This document shows, piece after piece, positions 34,400 to 47,033 of a DNA stretch of 64,000 nucleotides. The DNA lies in NCBI RefSeq assembly GCF_009834535.1, contig NC_045713.1:12772001-12836000 (forward strand), read 5' to 3'. The notes below the pieces were generated by a model, which was not told the DNA's origin, made no database searches, and worked only from the letters and a program-made list of their open reading frames with translations. Within the stretch, counting starts at the first letter, position 1; each line of letters begins with the position of its first letter. The DNA is from Camelus ferus. Lineage: Eukaryota. The translations under genes and the position numbers were made by a program.

Positions 34400-34534
34400 C
34401 CTGATTCAGATATGGACCCAAATTCAAGTGGAGAGGGAGTCAATTCTGTCTCATCTTCCATTAAAAGAGGGCTGTCGGTGGATTCTGCGCAGGAGGTGAA
34501 ACGCTTCAGGACGGCCACAGGGGCCATCAGCGCG
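34400..34534 (+). CDS. TRRAP: TRRAP exon (PDSDMDPN...TGAISA), with bipartite-NLS-like KRGLSVDSAQEVKRFR
   Basis: attcag|CCT acceptor, GCG|gtgaga donor; 135 nt. Confidence 0.96.
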
Positions 34535-35317
34535 GTGAGACCATGCGTGCATGTGTGTGCCTTCCTGCACGGGCTCCGTGCTTCCTTGTGGGGTTTGTTC
34601 TTTTAGCCAACAGACTTTGACTGTGGGCAGGTGCCCAGCACCATGCCAGCCAAATGGCTGGGAAAGGCTGTGCCATCAGATAGCCACCCCATGACGTTAC
34701 TCCCTCGGTGTTTCCCAAGTCCCCAGGCACGTTTCCCTGCGCTTACCCGGTACCGCACAGATCGGAGTTGTGACTGAGAACATACGCCCACAAGGCGTCC
34801 AGTATTTAAAGTGAGAGTGTGTCCTCCTGTGTCTGGAGGGCAGCCACCAGGAGAGCCCTGGCTGCTCACTCTGCCCTCACCCCTGTCCAGGTGACGGCCC
34901 GGAACTGTGCTGCCCACCCTGCACTGTCCCCGAAGCCTGTGTGCCCTGCATCCACCCTGTGCTCAGATTGGAAACCCGGCCCCGTCCGCCGTTTGCCCGT
35001 TTGCTCCTCTTCACGTCTCTGGTCGAGAGCCAGTCCTGTCAGCCCGGCCACGAGTAGCCAGCCTCTTCTCCCGTCTCTGCCCCTCCGCCATGGTCCCCAC
35101 CCCCAACACCATCTCTCACCCAAACAGTGAGGCCACCTCCCAGGACCTCCCACTCCTTTCACTTTTATCCCTCGTGGCCACCGATTCACAAAGCGGAGTG
35201 CCAACCCCTTTCTTCTCGAAGTTCAAGTTGAGGAAGCTGGGTGAAGGGCACGTGACCTCTACTGTTTTTCTACTTCTTGTGAATATTATAATCATTTCAA
35301 AATAAAAGCTTAAGGCA

Positions 35318-35447
35318 GAGAGGGTACAGCTCAGTGGTAGAGTGCGTGCTTAGCATGCACAAGGTCCTGGGTTCAATCCCTGGTCTCTCCACATAAATAA
35401 ATAAATCTAATTACCCCCCCCCAAAAAAAAAACCCAAATTTAAGAAA
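35318..35447 (+). mobile_element. tRNA-Ala-derived SINE (Vic-1 type), longer form
   Basis: tRNA-like head with intact B box GGTTCAATCC, (TAAA)n, CTAATTACCCCCCCCC, poly(A); degenerate TSD ttaaggcaga / ttaagtcaga. Confidence 0.88.
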
Positions 35448-35865
35448 TTAAGTCAGACTGCCTTTCCCCTCACTAAGCCCTTCCTCCCCTTGACCTTGAC
35501 CATGGCCTCCAAGGCCCTGCTGGTGGCCTAGCTGCCCTGCACCTTGTGCTCAGGCTCCAGCCACTCAGGCCTTTCTGGAAACACCCATGCCCTTTGCTCG
35601 TTTAGAGCTTGACAACTGGCTCTTTTCTCTCTCCCTTGGAGCAGTTTCCTCTCCCCTCTTCTGAAGGCTGGCGGCCTCTACCTGGGTGTCACTCCTTGCT
35701 GCCCAGCAGTCCTGGAGCACAGGACCCAGGACTTTCTTCGTGGCCGCTTTGTTTCTCCGTTTTCTGCGGAGACCACACCTGCCTGGGGTGTCCCTTGTGC
35801 CGGAGCGGGGCCTGCGCGCTGGGGGCGGGCCGCACGGCTAAGAGCTCTCCTCCTGCCACCTCCAG

Positions 35866-35976
35866 GTGTTCGGGCGGAGCCAGTCCCTGCCAGGCGCAGA
35901 CTCCCTTCTCGCCAAGCCCATCGACAAGCAGCACACGGACACCGTGGTGAACTTCCTCATCCGGGTGGCCTGTCAG
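35866..35976 (+). CDS. TRRAP: TRRAP exon (VFGRSQSL...IRVACQ)
   Basis: ctccag|GTG acceptor, CAG|gtgcag donor; 111 nt. Confidence 0.95.
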
Positions 35977-36835
35977 GTGCAGTATCTGCACATCTTAGGT
36001 TCGCGATTCTTCTAAGCCAGGGCTGTCTGGTAGACACCAGTGAGTCTATCCATGACAGTCAAAAAGGGAACAGATGGACCAAGGTCTGAGAGCAAGTTTT
36101 GTCCCTTTCACATCCAATTCCATTTGTTTCATGGCACACTAATATTTCTGAAATCTGCTGGTGTCTTATAGTTGATAGGATTTTGAAAAACATTTTTTCT
36201 TTCAGCAGTGATAAAATAATGGTATATCCTATAATAGTATTCTGGTATTGGAGAAGCATGGCAGTTCAGTGTTCTTGGGCAAATTATTTGACTTCCAAGT
36301 TGCCCGTCTCTTAAAGGTGTTGGGATGATCCACCCTGTGTAAGTTAGGGCAGTGCTTACTAATTTAAATGCGTCAAAACTTGCATTTATTTACCACCATT
36401 CATATCAGTATGTATTTTCATGGTGGTGTTGGGAATCCATTGCTGAAACTTCTCAAAAAACATTAAATGGAATTTTCCTTACTAAGTGGTTTTTATAAAT
36501 ATTAAACAAAATAGTATAGCTTGCAGCACTATTGAGGATCTCCAAGTGCTGGAAACAATCTACTCCTGAACTGTTCAGTCGATGCTTGCTTGTGGGCTGC
36601 AGCGTGTGGGGCACAGCTGGGGAGGCCCAGTGGGGAGGTGCTGATCCATTAATCGCACAAATCCCCGCTGCAGGGGGCGGGGTCCAGGGGGAGCAGAGAC
36701 AGCTGAATTGAGTCTGATAGGAGAGGAGGTGGCTGTGAGGTGGAGCACTGGGATGGGAGGGTGTGGAGCCCGGGCGGACAAGAATGTGCACGTAGATGCA
36801 GTGAACCTTGGGCTTGAATTTGAGTGAATTTCCAG

Positions 36836-36982
36836 GTTAATGACAACACCAACACTGCGGGGTCTCCTGGGGAGGTGCTGTCCCGCCGGTGTGTGACTCT
36901 CTTAAAGACGGCCTTGCGACCGGACATGTGGTCCAAGTCGGAGCTCAAACTGCAGTGGTTCGACAAGCTGCTGATGAGCGTG
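36836..36982 (+). CDS. TRRAP: TRRAP exon (VNDNTNTA...KLLMSV)
   Basis: ttccag|GTT acceptor, GTG|gtaggt donor; 147 nt. Confidence 0.96.
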
Positions 36983-38403
36983 GTAGGTGCAGGGGTCCTC
37001 GGGACGGGGGGCCACAACCACCTCCTCTTCTGGCTGCTAATGAAGAGGAGGGAGTGTCACTCACTGAAATTGGTTTTAAAATGGCAGCCCTCACCTCTAG
37101 CCTCAGGTAGAGTTAGGAATTTTGAAGACGTGATGGTTCTCTTGCCTTTCACAGGCACATTTCTTAAACTGACCTGCCAGCTGGCTTGGAATATGCACTT
37201 TTAACTGATTTACACAACAATCTTTAAAAGAAACTTGGAAGTTTTAAAAATAGATTGAATGATGGGTATGGCACTGTATAGTCAGGTAATAAGAGAAAGC
37301 CCCCAAATACTGATTGTTTGGTGGGTTTTCTGTTGTTTTTGTTTCTGTAAAACTACAAAATCCTGTAATTTTCTTGGAGGTTGCAAAAGCTGTTCTCTTG
37401 CCTTACCCATTTAATCAGTAGGACATGTTCAGTATGTCTAGTTCTACAGTGAAATTTGAAAATTTATTGTCTCGGAATTATAAAACCTACTGTGAGCATT
37501 TGTTACTTTGTGCTGCAGAGATGAGCATTCTTGCTCAGCTTTTTGAAAGGTTACAAAGGATACTGTGTCACAAAAGCAGTAGGGTGGTAGGCCCCCAAGA
37601 TCTGCAGCATGTGCTTTGATTATAGCATGGTGCTTAACTTCTAGATTATCTGCAGATTTACTTTCTTTTTCTTTTTGAAAGATCAGATTGCTTTCCTATC
37701 AAATGTAGTCCCAGTTCAGCCAAGCTCAGCCAGTTGATAGGCTGATGTTTCCATGGAGCAGTGTCATGCTCACAGGGACTCTGCCTTTCCCATAATCTCT
37801 AGTAAGTGGGAGGTGTTCCCTCTGACCCACGGTGCACACATAGTGCACCTGCAAAGTACGTGCGTGTCTGCCACAGAAGTAAGCGTGCGAAGCCATGCCT
37901 AAATCCTCACTGCACGCCATGTGCTCTGTTAGCGTCATTTGTTTCTTTCTTTCTTTTTTTTTTTTTAATACTGACATTTTTTAGATTGATTTCAAGATGT
38001 AGTTTCAAAGATACATCCCTTTAGAAGGATATTTGTATTTTAACTAAAAACATGCCTGGTGAAAACAAAAATCATTGCAATAATTGCCTTTTTAAATCAG
38101 ATTTCAGTGCTTTCCAAAATTTTAGTATCATCTAGTATTGAATATTAATTTTTTTCAAGAGCTTTTAAAATGAAGTTCTACTGAGTATTTAAAGCAAATT
38201 TGTTAAAAGGGACATTATGTAATCCTGCTGTATTAATAAAATAGGGTGGTAATTTATACGTCTGACATGTTCCTTCTTCAGTGGTTCTTGTTTCATTTCT
38301 TAGTACTTAACTGGCACGTAGTTTTAGTTTTGCCTGATTGATGTTCCTGTGACTCACTGTACTGTTGACTTCATCTGTGTGTGGCCTGTGTTCTCCACTC
38401 CAG

Positions 38404-38617
38404 GAGCAGCCTAATCAAGTGAACTACGGAAACATCTGCACGGGGCTGGAGGTGCTGAGTTTCCTGCTAACTGTTCTCCAGTCTCCAGCCATCCTCAGCA
38501 GCTTCAAACCCCTGCAGCGTGGAATCGCTGCCTGTATGACGTGCGGAAACACCAAAGTCTTACGCGCCGTCCACAGCCTTCTCTCCCGCCTCATGAGTAT
38601 TTTCCCAACCGAACCAA
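38404..38617 (+). CDS. TRRAP: TRRAP exon (EQPNQVNY...FPTEPS)
   Basis: ctccag|GAG acceptor, CAA|gtacgt donor; 214 nt, ends phase 1. Confidence 0.96.
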
Positions 38618-39126
38618 GTACGTGACCTTTTCCATTGGGGCCTGTCCTTGCGAGCGGATGGCTGGGCCCAGAGCCTGTTCCTGGGGATGCACGCCCTCTA
38701 CGTACCACCCGGGCGTGTTATCACCCCAATCTTGTTTCTACCTCAGACTCTTTTTAAATAGTAGCAGTCTTCACATTTTGTGTCTGCTTTGGAAGTGCAG
38801 TTTTTCATCAGCCAAACATTACTCTTTCCTTAAGGTATTAAAAGGAAGTTAGGTTGAAGTGTTTGTCAAGTGTTGAATGGTTGACCAGATAGAATTTTGG
38901 TGTATTATAAGCAGGTGTGTTTAGAGTGTGTTCAGGTTAGGCTTGGTGGGATGAAAGGTTGTCCCTGAGCTCTGTAAAGTGAGAACCACACGTCCTGCAG
39001 TGAGAGCGGTGCCCCTGCCGGTCACCACAGGCCCCAGGCCACCAGAGCTCAGTCGCTGGTGTGAGGAAAGCCTGGGCGGGTCTGGGAGCCCAGACTGCAG
39101 AGCCCAGGCCCTCACTTCTGTTCCAG

Positions 39127-39252
39127 GCACGTCCAGTGTGGCCTCCAAGTATGAGGAGCTGGAGTGTCTCTATGCAGCAGTGGGGAAGGTCGTCTACGAA
39201 GGGCTCACCAGCTACGAGAAGGCCGCCAACGCAAACCCCTCCCAGCTCTTTG
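39127..39252 (+). CDS. TRRAP: TRRAP exon (STSSVASK...PSQLFG)
   Basis: ttccag|GC acceptor, TTG|gtgagt donor; 126 nt, phase 1/1. Confidence 0.96.
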
Positions 39253-40945
39253 GTGAGTGTGTGTCCATCGTGGTTTTCCCAGCGGTGGTTCGGCCTGGCA
39301 TCCATCTCCCTGCGGTCGATGGACGAGCTTTCCTTCTGAGGAAGGCGCAGGGTGTTGGGAGGAGCTTGGAGCTGACGCGTTGTTGAGGGTGCCTGTGGGT
39401 GGCCATGTGCACACAAGGCCACAGTCCTCTGTGGTCTTGGAGGTGACTGACCCCCACCCTGCCCAGCATCGGAGCTTCCTGGGTTCTTCCCACCTTGGCC
39501 TCAGATGAGAGTGGAATTGCCCCGAGGTGCTTGCATCCTGCTGACCCAGTTTTATACTGAACCCAGAGATGCTCCTATGCAGATATAAATATGTCTTTCA
39601 CGACACGTTCACCTGCCGTTAAGCCACACATGAGACAAGAACTAGTCCCCGTCTACTTGGCAAGTCTCTGGCTACCCTGGGAGAAACGAAATTGGTTTCT
39701 TGGGTAATTAGGACAACTGGATGGCTCCGATGTCCAGGTCACCAGAACTCAAACGTGTAGTCACCTCTGCTTTTTGTGAAACTCACCTCTTGGGGAGGAT
39801 CAGACTTTGGGTTGGCAAATTTGAACATTTTTTTCTCCTTTGTTACATGTTCTTTGTGTAAAATTTTGAAACTATCAAATGAAGGAGAACTGAAAGTACG
39901 TATAAGCCTCTGTGCTTAGTGGCTTACTCACTCTAAACATTTCGATGTGTGTGTTTTTTTATACACGTTTATAAGTACACACACAGGTAGCCTTTGTTAT
40001 GCAAACACTTGTTTCCGAATTTGCCAACTGAATACACTATTTTTTAATTAATTTCTTGCTCTCCAAACTCCTGCTGCTTGCTCTCTGAAATTCAGGAGCC
40101 AGATGAACTGAATTCACATGGTATCCCATTCTGGAACCAGATAGATTTGAATAGTGAGGCAAGTGGGATCGCATGGTGTCCAGCTCAGTATAGCGTGAAC
40201 GTCTTGTTAATTCTCCAGAGGACTGTCTTTGAAAGGAGCTGCCTTCCGCAGTGGCCCCGGCTCCCTCTGTGAGGATGGCAGCAGGCCAGGCGCAGCCCCT
40301 GGGCTAGTGGGCTCCATCCCCTCCCTGTGCTAGACCCGGGTTACACCCTGGGCTCGTTACTGCCTCTGCTCAGCAGAGGAGGGTGCAGCAGCTGAAACGG
40401 CCAGAATCTACCCCCATGTTCATCGTCGTCAAATTTCCTGGGTTACCTGTCATGGGACCAGACTGGTCATACATTTCTGTACAGGGGAACGAGGGGATAG
40501 GAAGGGGAGGGGTCATCAGTGCCCTAGCCTCAGGTTGTTCAGGGGTCAACCGAGCAAATGTTTCCATGGTGTGTGCAGCTGACAGCCCGGGGACCAGGGC
40601 TGCCGACCCCTGCGCAGTTGGAAATCTCTGTATGAGTTACGTTTGACCCTCTGCATGTGACATACCCGTGCTTCCTCCGAGTCCCAGTGCCTCCTCCTCA
40701 GGGCCATCCAGCCGCAGGGCGTATGGTATTTACTGTTGGAAAAAGCCGTGTGAGTGGACTCGCGCAGCCCAAACCTGTGTCATTCAAGGGTCAGCTGTAA
40801 TGCTGACATTTGGGGTTAGCCTCTGCTTTTATCAGAAATGACACATTTTTGTCAGCACGTTTTTAAAATGTTTTAAATAGTACATTTTTGTTATTTACTT
40901 TAAAAGACTTTGCTTGAGAGACAGCTGGCACTTTTTGCCTTTCAG

Positions 40946-41092
40946 GGACCCTCATGATCCTCAAGTCTGCCTGCAGCAACAACCCGAGCTACATAGACAG
41001 GCTGATCTCGGTCTTCATGCGCTCCCTGCAGAAGATGGTCCGCGAGCACCTGAACCCACAGGCCGCCTCGGGAAGTGCTGAAGCCACCTCAG
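40946..41092 (+). CDS. TRRAP: TRRAP exon (GTLMILKS...AEATSG)
   Basis: tttcag|GG acceptor, CAG|gtgaca donor; 147 nt. Confidence 0.96.
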
Positions 41093-41821
41093 GTGACAGG
41101 CGTGGTCCCCCGAGTCCTTCCCCGGGACTTCAGCACCTTAGCGGTGCCAGCCGTGTGATTGGATTCTAAAGCTAGCACAAATGCCTGTTTATTTGTGCAG
41201 TTCATTATCATTTGTTCTTAACAAAGAGAGTTTCTGAACATTTCACTTAAAACCAAAATCAAACTCATTTTTAAAATAAACTGCTTTTAAAATCTGTTAA
41301 TGAAGGAACTTTCGAATAGGTGCACGCTTTATGTGGAACGTTCACCACTGTATGAGAGCTATCTAATGATCTTGCTGGAAATCAGAGATTGCTTAAACAG
41401 AGCTATTATTTCTGAAGAAGGATTAAGTCGTGGGTTGCAGACCTGAGTGGTGTGAGCTCAGGGGTCTGGGTGCTGAGTTGGTGTGGGGCGGGGAGCTGTG
41501 GCTATCACCTCTGCTGGACGCCCCTCAGAGCACGAGTGCCATGCATGTGGCTTTGGGACTTGGCTGTGCCCTGGGGCTGCCTGCATGGGCCCCATCAGCT
41601 TCATCGTCCCCTGCTCCGTGGGGAGGCTCTTCCGCGGCCACCCTTGCAACGTGGAGCACCGATAAAGTGATGAGGCACTTCAAATCCCAGCGCTCCGCTG
41701 GCTGGAGAAGATACCTGGGGGAGGAAGTACGCAGAATCCAGCGCGCCACCCATGCGGCGGCTGCCTGCCCGTTGAGGAGGGCTTGTAGAGACTGGGGTGT
41801 GTTCTGTCTCCGCACGAGCAG

Positions 41822-42021
41822 GGACCAGCGAGCTGGTGATGCTGAGCCTGGAGCTGGTGAAAACACGCCTGGCCGTGATGAGCATGGAGATGCGGAAGAA
41901 CTTCATTCAGGCCGTCCTGACCTCCCTCATCGAGAAATCCCCCGACGCCAAAGTCCTCCGGGCCGTGGTTAAAATCGTGGAAGAATGGGTGAAAAATAAT
42001 TCCCCGATGGCAGCCAATCAG
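41822..42021 (+). CDS. TRRAP: TRRAP exon (GTSELVML...PMAANQ)
   Basis: gagcag|GG acceptor, CAG|gtgagc donor; 200 nt. Confidence 0.95.
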
Positions 42022-42548
42022 GTGAGCAGGGAGGGCTGGGCGGCCCTGTCGGAGCCCCTCTGCAGGTTCTCAAGCAAAACCTTTTTTCATGCGCTGTTTG
42101 CATTGAGGGGATCTTTTTTTAAGGTGGACTTTTCTCACTGTGCTTAGCAGGTTTTAAACAGAAACTTGAGATAACGGGTCACTTATCTTAATGTTTTATT
42201 CCTGTTAAAATGTTAAACCTTACTTGTTAGTTTTGGTGGCGAAGGTAAGCCAATAAATAGTGATTGCAGTGAGGTGCTTGCAACTTCTGATTTGTCTTGA
42301 AGTTTAGTTCTTTCTCTCCAAAGCGAGCTGTAGCCTCTCCCAGGAAAGTCAGGTTGGCCCCTGTCTTGATCTTACGCATAAAAGAACCATCTTTGGTTTT
42401 TCTGTTCAGAAACGACCCTGTCTTCTTTCACCTGACAAAATTGTAGGAGCTTAAAAATTAGTACAGCAGATGGCTGAAAGACTTTGAGCATGTCTTTTCT
42501 TAAGTAGACGTAATTGAGCTTTTCCTTTTAAAAAACAAACTTGTGCAG

Positions 42549-42670
42549 ACGCCTACACTCCGGGAGAAGTCCATTTTGCTTGTGAAAATGATGACCTACA
42601 TAGAAAAACGTTTTCCAGAAGACCTTGAGTTAAATGCCCAGTTTTTAGACCTCGTTAACTACGTCTACAG
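42549..42670 (+). CDS. TRRAP: TRRAP exon (TPTLREKS...VNYVYR)
   Basis: gtgcag|ACG acceptor, CAG|gtaatc donor; 122 nt, ends phase 2. Not in the ORF track. Confidence 0.95.
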
Positions 42671-42957
42671 GTAATCACAGCAGTTAACCAGATGTTGCGC
42701 GTCGGTCCCTCATGTGTTCTCTGAGCAGCCAGTGACGTGCCTGTAATTTTCTCATCGTACCTAAATTTTAAATGTTCATTTAAATACTGAATCACAAAGA
42801 ATGTGTCGGCATCACTGAGCCTTTTTCTCCAATACTGCGTCAGCTCGTGATTTGGGACACGCTTGGCCTTCATGGTGGCAGTCTGGGGGTTGGCATCCAC
42901 TTGCCCTCTGCCCCTTCTCATGGCTCTGCTCTCTCGGTGTCACTCCCCCGATTACAG

Positions 42958-43171
42958 GGACGAGACGCTGTCTGGCAGTGAGCTGACTGCAAAACTGGAA
43001 CCTGCCTTTCTCTCTGGGCTGCGTTGTGCACAGCCACTCATCAGGGCCAAGTTTTTCGAGGTTTTCGACAACTCTATGAAGCGGCGCGTCTATGAGCGAC
43101 TGCTCTACGTGACCTGTTCCCAGAATTGGGAGGCCATGGGGAACCACTTCTGGATCAAGCAGTGCATTGAG
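42958..43171 (+). CDS. TRRAP: TRRAP exon (RDETLSGS...IKQCIE)
   Basis: ttacag|G acceptor, GAG|gtaggg donor; 214 nt. Confidence 0.96.
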
Positions 43172-43849
43172 GTAGGGCGAGCAGCTCAGCTCATGTGGCC
43201 GGGAGGTGCCCGCATGCAAGGTGGGTTAGGAACCTCCCCCCGAGAGCCGCCTTTGATCTCTAGGAGGCAAGGAAAGACTCACAGCTGGAAGGTGGCGCCA
43301 CGGCTCTGCCCCTTGGGCGAGGGCGAGGGGTGCTGCGGGCCGGGGCCGTCTCGGGGGGCGGCACGTCGGAGGTCTCTGGTGAGACTGCTCACTTTCTTGT
43401 TTGCTTCCTTCATTCTTGGGCTGAATCCCCAACTTGCTGCACCAGGCAGCCTGGCTTCCCCGCAGCAGGTGCCTCAGCTGTGCTAGGGCGACTGGCGCCA
43501 GGTGACTGTGTCTTGTGGATGGACGGCAGTGCAGTTCTCCTTGAGGGAAATGAGAGCTTGTTAGCGATTTCCACGGGTGCTGAACGTGTTTCCAGAGCTG
43601 CAGGTGCTAATGGTAACACAGTGGGCAGAGGCCCCGGACTGATGCTTCATTCATTCAGGAGGCCTGTTGATTGTGGTCAGGCGGCAGGCCCTGGTCAGGT
43701 GGGAACAAAGATGGAAAAGACACTGGACTGTAGGGACAGGGCTGGTGGAAGCGCACAGCCAGGAACCCGCTGTCCCTCCCGTCCTCTGTCCTGTGTGTCT
43801 GGTCCATCACCAGCTGTTACCCACGCGAGACCACTGGCTTTTCTCCCTG

Positions 43850-44360
43850 CCCCTGTCTCTCTCCCTCTCTTAGCCATTGCCATCCCTCACAAAGATGACG
43901 GGACCATGTCCTCGGCGTTCGCCCACCTTTCCTCTGGCCCACCGGGGTGGTTCTGGCAGAGTAAAGCAGATTATCCCTCCTTGCCGTTGGGCCAGGCACA
44001 AGAGCTGCCCTCCAGGACACGGTCTCTCTGGCCCCCGTGTGCCCGGGCCTTCGCCCTTCTCTCCAGCCCTGTACTGTTCCTCTGCCCCTCTCTCATTAGT
44101 GTCCCCTGCTGGCCTTTCCACCTGTGCCACATTCCTGACCCCCTTGCCCAAGCGGGTACCCTTGTATTCTCTGTCACTCTGCCCGTGCCTGGGCTGTGTC
44201 CTCACAGGGAGTTTGTGTCTGTTCATGTTTCGACGTTGGTCTCTTCCTTCTCTCCGAAACTTCAGCCTCACCAGGGCAGGGGCACCGTCGCTGTGAAGTT
44301 GACAAGTGAACATCCAGGTCCTCGCACAGCACCTCGTGGGTGTTCAGTAAATAGTTGCCA
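43850..44360 (+). mobile_element. L2 fragment
   Basis: CT-rich body ending in cacagcacctcgtgggtgttcagtaaatagttg, an L2 3' signature. Confidence 0.45.
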
Positions 44361-44914
44361 AAAGAGTGCAGGAGAGGCTTGGTCAGGACAGCGTGGGCAA
44401 GGCCGGGGCTGTGGGTACAGTCACGGGTAGGGGGTGCTGTGTTTTGGAGATCTCGTGAGCCCCGCCCAGGGGCTTGCGCGGGCCCTGCAGGCTGTGGGAG
44501 GGGCGCCACGGTCTGCAGTGTGGGGGAGGATGGGTCTGAGTAGGGTGCATCGGGGTGAGTGAGGATGTTGTGTCCAGGCAGGAGGTGAGACTGGCAGGAC
44601 GTGGTGATGAGGTAGGGGCAGAGCGGGAAGGAGAAGTGGGTGTGTGAAGCGAGGGTATCCGTGCTTCCTGCGTAGGGTCGGGGGGTGGTACTCTGAGGCA
44701 GCAGAAGAGGCATCCTGACTGGTCGGGGAAGGAGGCGTCGAGTGTGCCTGGACTCAGGGTCAGAGGTGCCTGAGCGGGGATCCCGTCTAAGCCGGGGAGG
44801 GGTGTGGAGCCTACTGGGCGGGGGCCATCACTGCGCGAGGTGTTGACCAGGGTCTGTCCACACCTGCTTGTGGGCCGTGTGTCAGGTCTCCCTTCTCTCC
44901 TTCACCCCCTCCAG

Positions 44915-45094
44915 CTCCTCCTGGCCGTGTGTGAGAAGAGCACGCCCATCGGCACCAGCTGCCAAGGGGCGATGCTCCCGTCCATCACCAACGTCATCAA
45001 CCTGGCCGACAGCCACGACCGGGCGGCCTTCGCCATGGTCACGCACGTCAAGCAGGAGCCCCGGGAGCGGGAGAGCAGCGAGTCCAAGGAGGAG
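44915..45094 (+). CDS. TRRAP: TRRAP exon (LLLAVCEK...SESKEE)
   Basis: ctccag|CTC acceptor, GAG|gtacca donor; 180 nt. Confidence 0.96.
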
Positions 45095-45257
45095 GTACCA
45101 CGGGGCCGCCAGGCCGCCTTTCACAGTGGGATTCCCATTTCTGCTGAAGGATTTACGTCAGCCGTGGGTCTTATTAGGACAGGAGCGATGTGTCAAAGCC
45201 TGCCTCCCGCTGAAAGCTCTGAATGTGGTGCCTGTGTTCAGTTAGATTGTCTTCCCT

Positions 45258-45835
45258 TTTTTTCATGTTGAGGTATAACTGACATGCATCACGTTAGTTG
45301 CAGGTGTGCAACGTAATGATTTGATGCTGGAATACACTGTGAAATGATCGCCACGGTGTCTACCTTCCATCACCACACATGGTTACAGAATTTTTTTCTT
45401 ATGACAAGAAATTTTAAGATTTGTTCTCAGCAGCTTTCCGATACACAGCACCGCGTTACTGTCTGTGGGCACACGCGGTGCGTTGCATCCCTGTGGCTTA
45501 TTAATTTTGTAACTGAAAGTTTGTACCTTTTGATTCCTTTCACTCATTTCACTCACTGCCCCCCAACCCCCAAAACCCCCTGCCTTTGACAACTGCCAGT
45601 CTTCTCTGTCTTCGACCTTGTGTGTGTGTGTGATTGTGTGTGTGTGTTTAGATTCACATATAAGTGAGATCGTATGATCTGTCTGTCTGACTTACGTCAC
45701 TTAGTACAGTGCTCCCAAGGTCCATCCACGTTGTCACAAATGGCAAGGTTTCAGTCTCTTCTATGATTGAATAATACGCCATTGTTTACACACACACACA
45801 ATCCATTCATCTGTTGATGGACACAGATTACTTCC
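45258..45835 (-). mobile_element. L1MA-type 3' end (antisense) with embedded (TG)n and (CA)n
   Basis: ttgaggtataactgacat...gtgtgcaacgtaatgatttg; cacatataagtgagatcgtatg; tccatccacgttgtcacaaatggcaagg are standard antisense L1 3' motifs. Confidence 0.8.
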
Positions 45836-47033
45836 ATTCAGTCAGGTTTGTTTAAGGTAGAGTTGAGAAGCATCTTGTGTTGCCGTTCACTTTGAGAGGT
45901 CACTTTATATCGGCTCCTGCTGCTCAGCCCGGGGTATTTTACTGTTCGGTGACTTCTCTCTGCAAGTTAGCAGTAGCCCATGTTGTGTCACAGAGCACCG
46001 CCCTGGGGTGGGACGCCTGTTGTAAAGGAACCGTGGCTCTAGCTGGCTCCACACGCAGCCTGCCGGGAGTCTCCCCGTCTCCGCCCAGTCCTGGCTGGAG
46101 CAGCTGTGAGGCCAAGAACTAACTGACCAGCAAGGCTGAGGCCTTTTTCCAGCTGCTTCTCAGTCCTCCATGTGGCTGACACTACCCAAGGCACAGATCC
46201 TTAAACTGTTTCTTTTGGGTCGTTGGCCCTTGGAAGCTTGGTCTGTTTGGAGCGTTGGGTTTTAGAAGACAGCCCCCCAGTATTGAAGGAGGAGGGACCC
46301 TCTTTGCTTTAAAAGGGGTAGTTTGTACCCTCTGTTATATGTAAGGTATCTACTTGTTTTACTAACAAGGTGTAAAATTTTTTTGCCAGCACTTAGCACT
46401 TGCTAAGTACTAGATCATTTGGTGACATGATCTTTTTTCTTTCTGTAACCCCCCTGTGTGAAATAAATTGCCAACTTGGAGGTGATTCTTCTGCATTTTC
46501 AGGGGCACACATCAAATGGTTGATGACTTGACTTGGAGCCTAGTCTGACGATTGGATTTTGACTCTGACTTCCCAGAAACTTCAGACAGAAATAAGACTT
46601 ACTCTTTTTGGGGAATGACTTGTATAAAACACTGTGTCGCCAAGATTCTGTGTGTTGACCCCAACAATGTTCTTATGTGCAAGGCAGCCAGGCAGCTATA
46701 TTGCATTTTGAGGAATGGCAGGCTGTAATTCCTAATAACTTTATTATTTTTACTGTTTAAAGTTGTACTTTCTAAAAAATTTTGCTCTCCATAACCCACA
46801 TATGAAAGCAAAACGTTGACATTTTTACAGTGTCATGTAAGAAAGAAAGGGGTAGGGCTGGTGTAGTTTAATCTAGTTGTTTATTTTAGAATTTAGGATT
46901 TTTTAAGTAATTATAAATTTCCAGGAAACTAAATCTTACTTGCCAAAAATGTAAGGACTTTGTAAGAGTTACGGTTTTTGACTTTCTTTACGATGTGACC
47001 CTTTGTTTTTGCGTGTGTATTTTTGTTTTTTAG

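Noticed and set aside
43330-44430. 366-aa plus-strand ORF, the longest in the track
   Set aside because: Entirely intronic, GC-rich and overlapping an L2 remnant; low-complexity translation with no recognisable domain and a non-ATG start.
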